Virus record (IMG/VR): IMGVR_UViG_3300048599_000236
Span: 1 to 24,784 of that record
From: a virus
Lineage: Duplodnaviria; Caudoviricetes
Length of the DNA stretch: 24,784 nucleotides
Direction: 5' to 3' (one strand)
A program made the position numbers and the translations under genes. The notes below the pieces were generated by a model that was given only the letters and a program-made list of their open reading frames with translations, did not search any database and had not been told where the DNA came from. Below are positions 23,892 to 24,784 of this stretch, one piece after another (the stretch's first letter is position 1; every line of letters begins with the position of its first letter).

Positions 23892-24784
23892 ATGGCAAAC
23901 ACCGGCGAGAGTTCGGCCGAGATGGGCAGCCTGGATACCTTTCCGCGCCTGCTGATGCACCACGCCCGGCAGCGGCCCAATCGGCCGGCGATGCGCGAAA
24001 AGGAATACGGCATCTGGCAAACCTACACCTGGGCCGATGTGGCCGAGCGGGTGCGCGCCATTGCCAGCGGGCTGGCCGAGCTGGGCTTCAAGCGCGGCGA
24101 CCGCCTGGCGGTGGTCGGCGACAACCGGCCGCGGCTGTACTGGTCGGTGGCAGCCTGCCAGTGCCTGGGCGGCATCCCGGTGATGATGTACCAGGACGCG
24201 GTGGCCCAGGAGATGTCCTACGTGATGCAGGACGCGGAGATCCGCTTCGCCTGCGTCGAGGACCAGGAGCAGGTGGACAAGATGCTCGAGATCAAGGAGG
24301 GCCTGCCCCTCCTCGAGCACGTCATCTACGACGACCCCCGCGGCCTGCGCCACTACAACCAGACCTTCCTGCACGGCCTGGATGAAGTCCTCGAGATGGG
24401 TCGCATCCACGACCGCAACCACCCGGATTTCCTCGGCCACGAGATCGACAAGGGCAGCCCCGACGACGTGTCGGTGATGCTCTACACCTCCGGCACCACC
24501 GGCAAGCCGAAGGGCGTGTGCCAGACCCACGGCGCCTTCATCGCCGCAGCCCAGGGCGGCTGCCAGTTCGACAAGCTGTCGGACGAGGACGACATCCTCT
24601 CCTACCTGCCGATGGCCTGGGTGGGCGATCACCTGTTCTCCTACGCCCAGGCGCTGGTGGCGGGCTTCACCATCAACTGCCCGGAATCGGGCGAGACGGT
24701 GATGAACGACCTGCGCGAGATCGGCCCCACTTATTACTTCGCGCCGCCGCGGGTCTTCGAGAACCTGCTCACCCAGGTGATGAT
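23892..24784 (+). CDS. Host long-chain fatty-acid--CoA ligase (AMP-binding family), 3' end outside window
   Basis: GGAGGAGG SD. Translates DTFPRLL...AMREKEYGIWQ...YTSGTTGKPKGV...LSYLPMAWVGD. Confidence 0.92.
   Translation, partial: MANTGESSAEMGSLDTFPRLLMHHARQRPNRPAMREKEYGIWQTYTWADVAERVRAIASGLAELGFKRGDRLAVVGDNRPRLYWSVAACQCLGGIPVMMYQDAVAQEMSYVMQDAEIRFACVEDQEQVDKMLEIKEGLPLLEHVIYDDPRGLRHYNQTFLHGLDEVLEMGRIHDRNHPDFLGHEIDKGSPDDVSVMLYTSGTTGKPKGVCQTHGAFIAAAQGGCQFDKLSDEDDILSYLPMAWVGDHLFSYAQALVAGFTINCPESGETVMNDLREIGPTYYFAPPRVFENLLTQVM

Noticed and set aside
23795-24385. 196-aa plus-strand ORF
   Set aside because: Alternative frame of the acyl-CoA ligase gene. The true frame starts at 23892 and runs off the window.

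Overview
About 1-23762 is the larger part of a transposable (Mu/B3-type) prophage in a high-GC bacterium. After the putative right end comes a host long-chain acyl-CoA ligase gene (23892 onward). The left window edge is the right end of an IS3-family element inserted into a phage virion gene. The prophage layout is unusual. The repressor/Ner-like switch (~5240-5320) is internal. A rightward arm runs ner, A, B, gemA, mor, lysis, terS/terL, portal, F and G straight into com, an adenine MTase and the right end. The protease(I)/scaffold(Z)-capsid module that follows G in Mu instead lies left of the repressor and is transcribed leftward. The two arms share a near-identical 21-bp late-promoter box at identical spacing to apparently leaderless starts, and a repeated 15-bp operator, which argues for one coherent phage. 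Other highlights are a Mor/C-type activator ending in the Hda-type beta-clamp motif QLSLPL, a Gp49/Sf6-gp66-family protein (candidate Acb4-type anti-CBASS sponge) between portal and F, and a Com zinc finger with GAGNNCC motifs over the MTase start. All family assignments are from motif recognition by eye; no searches were run.
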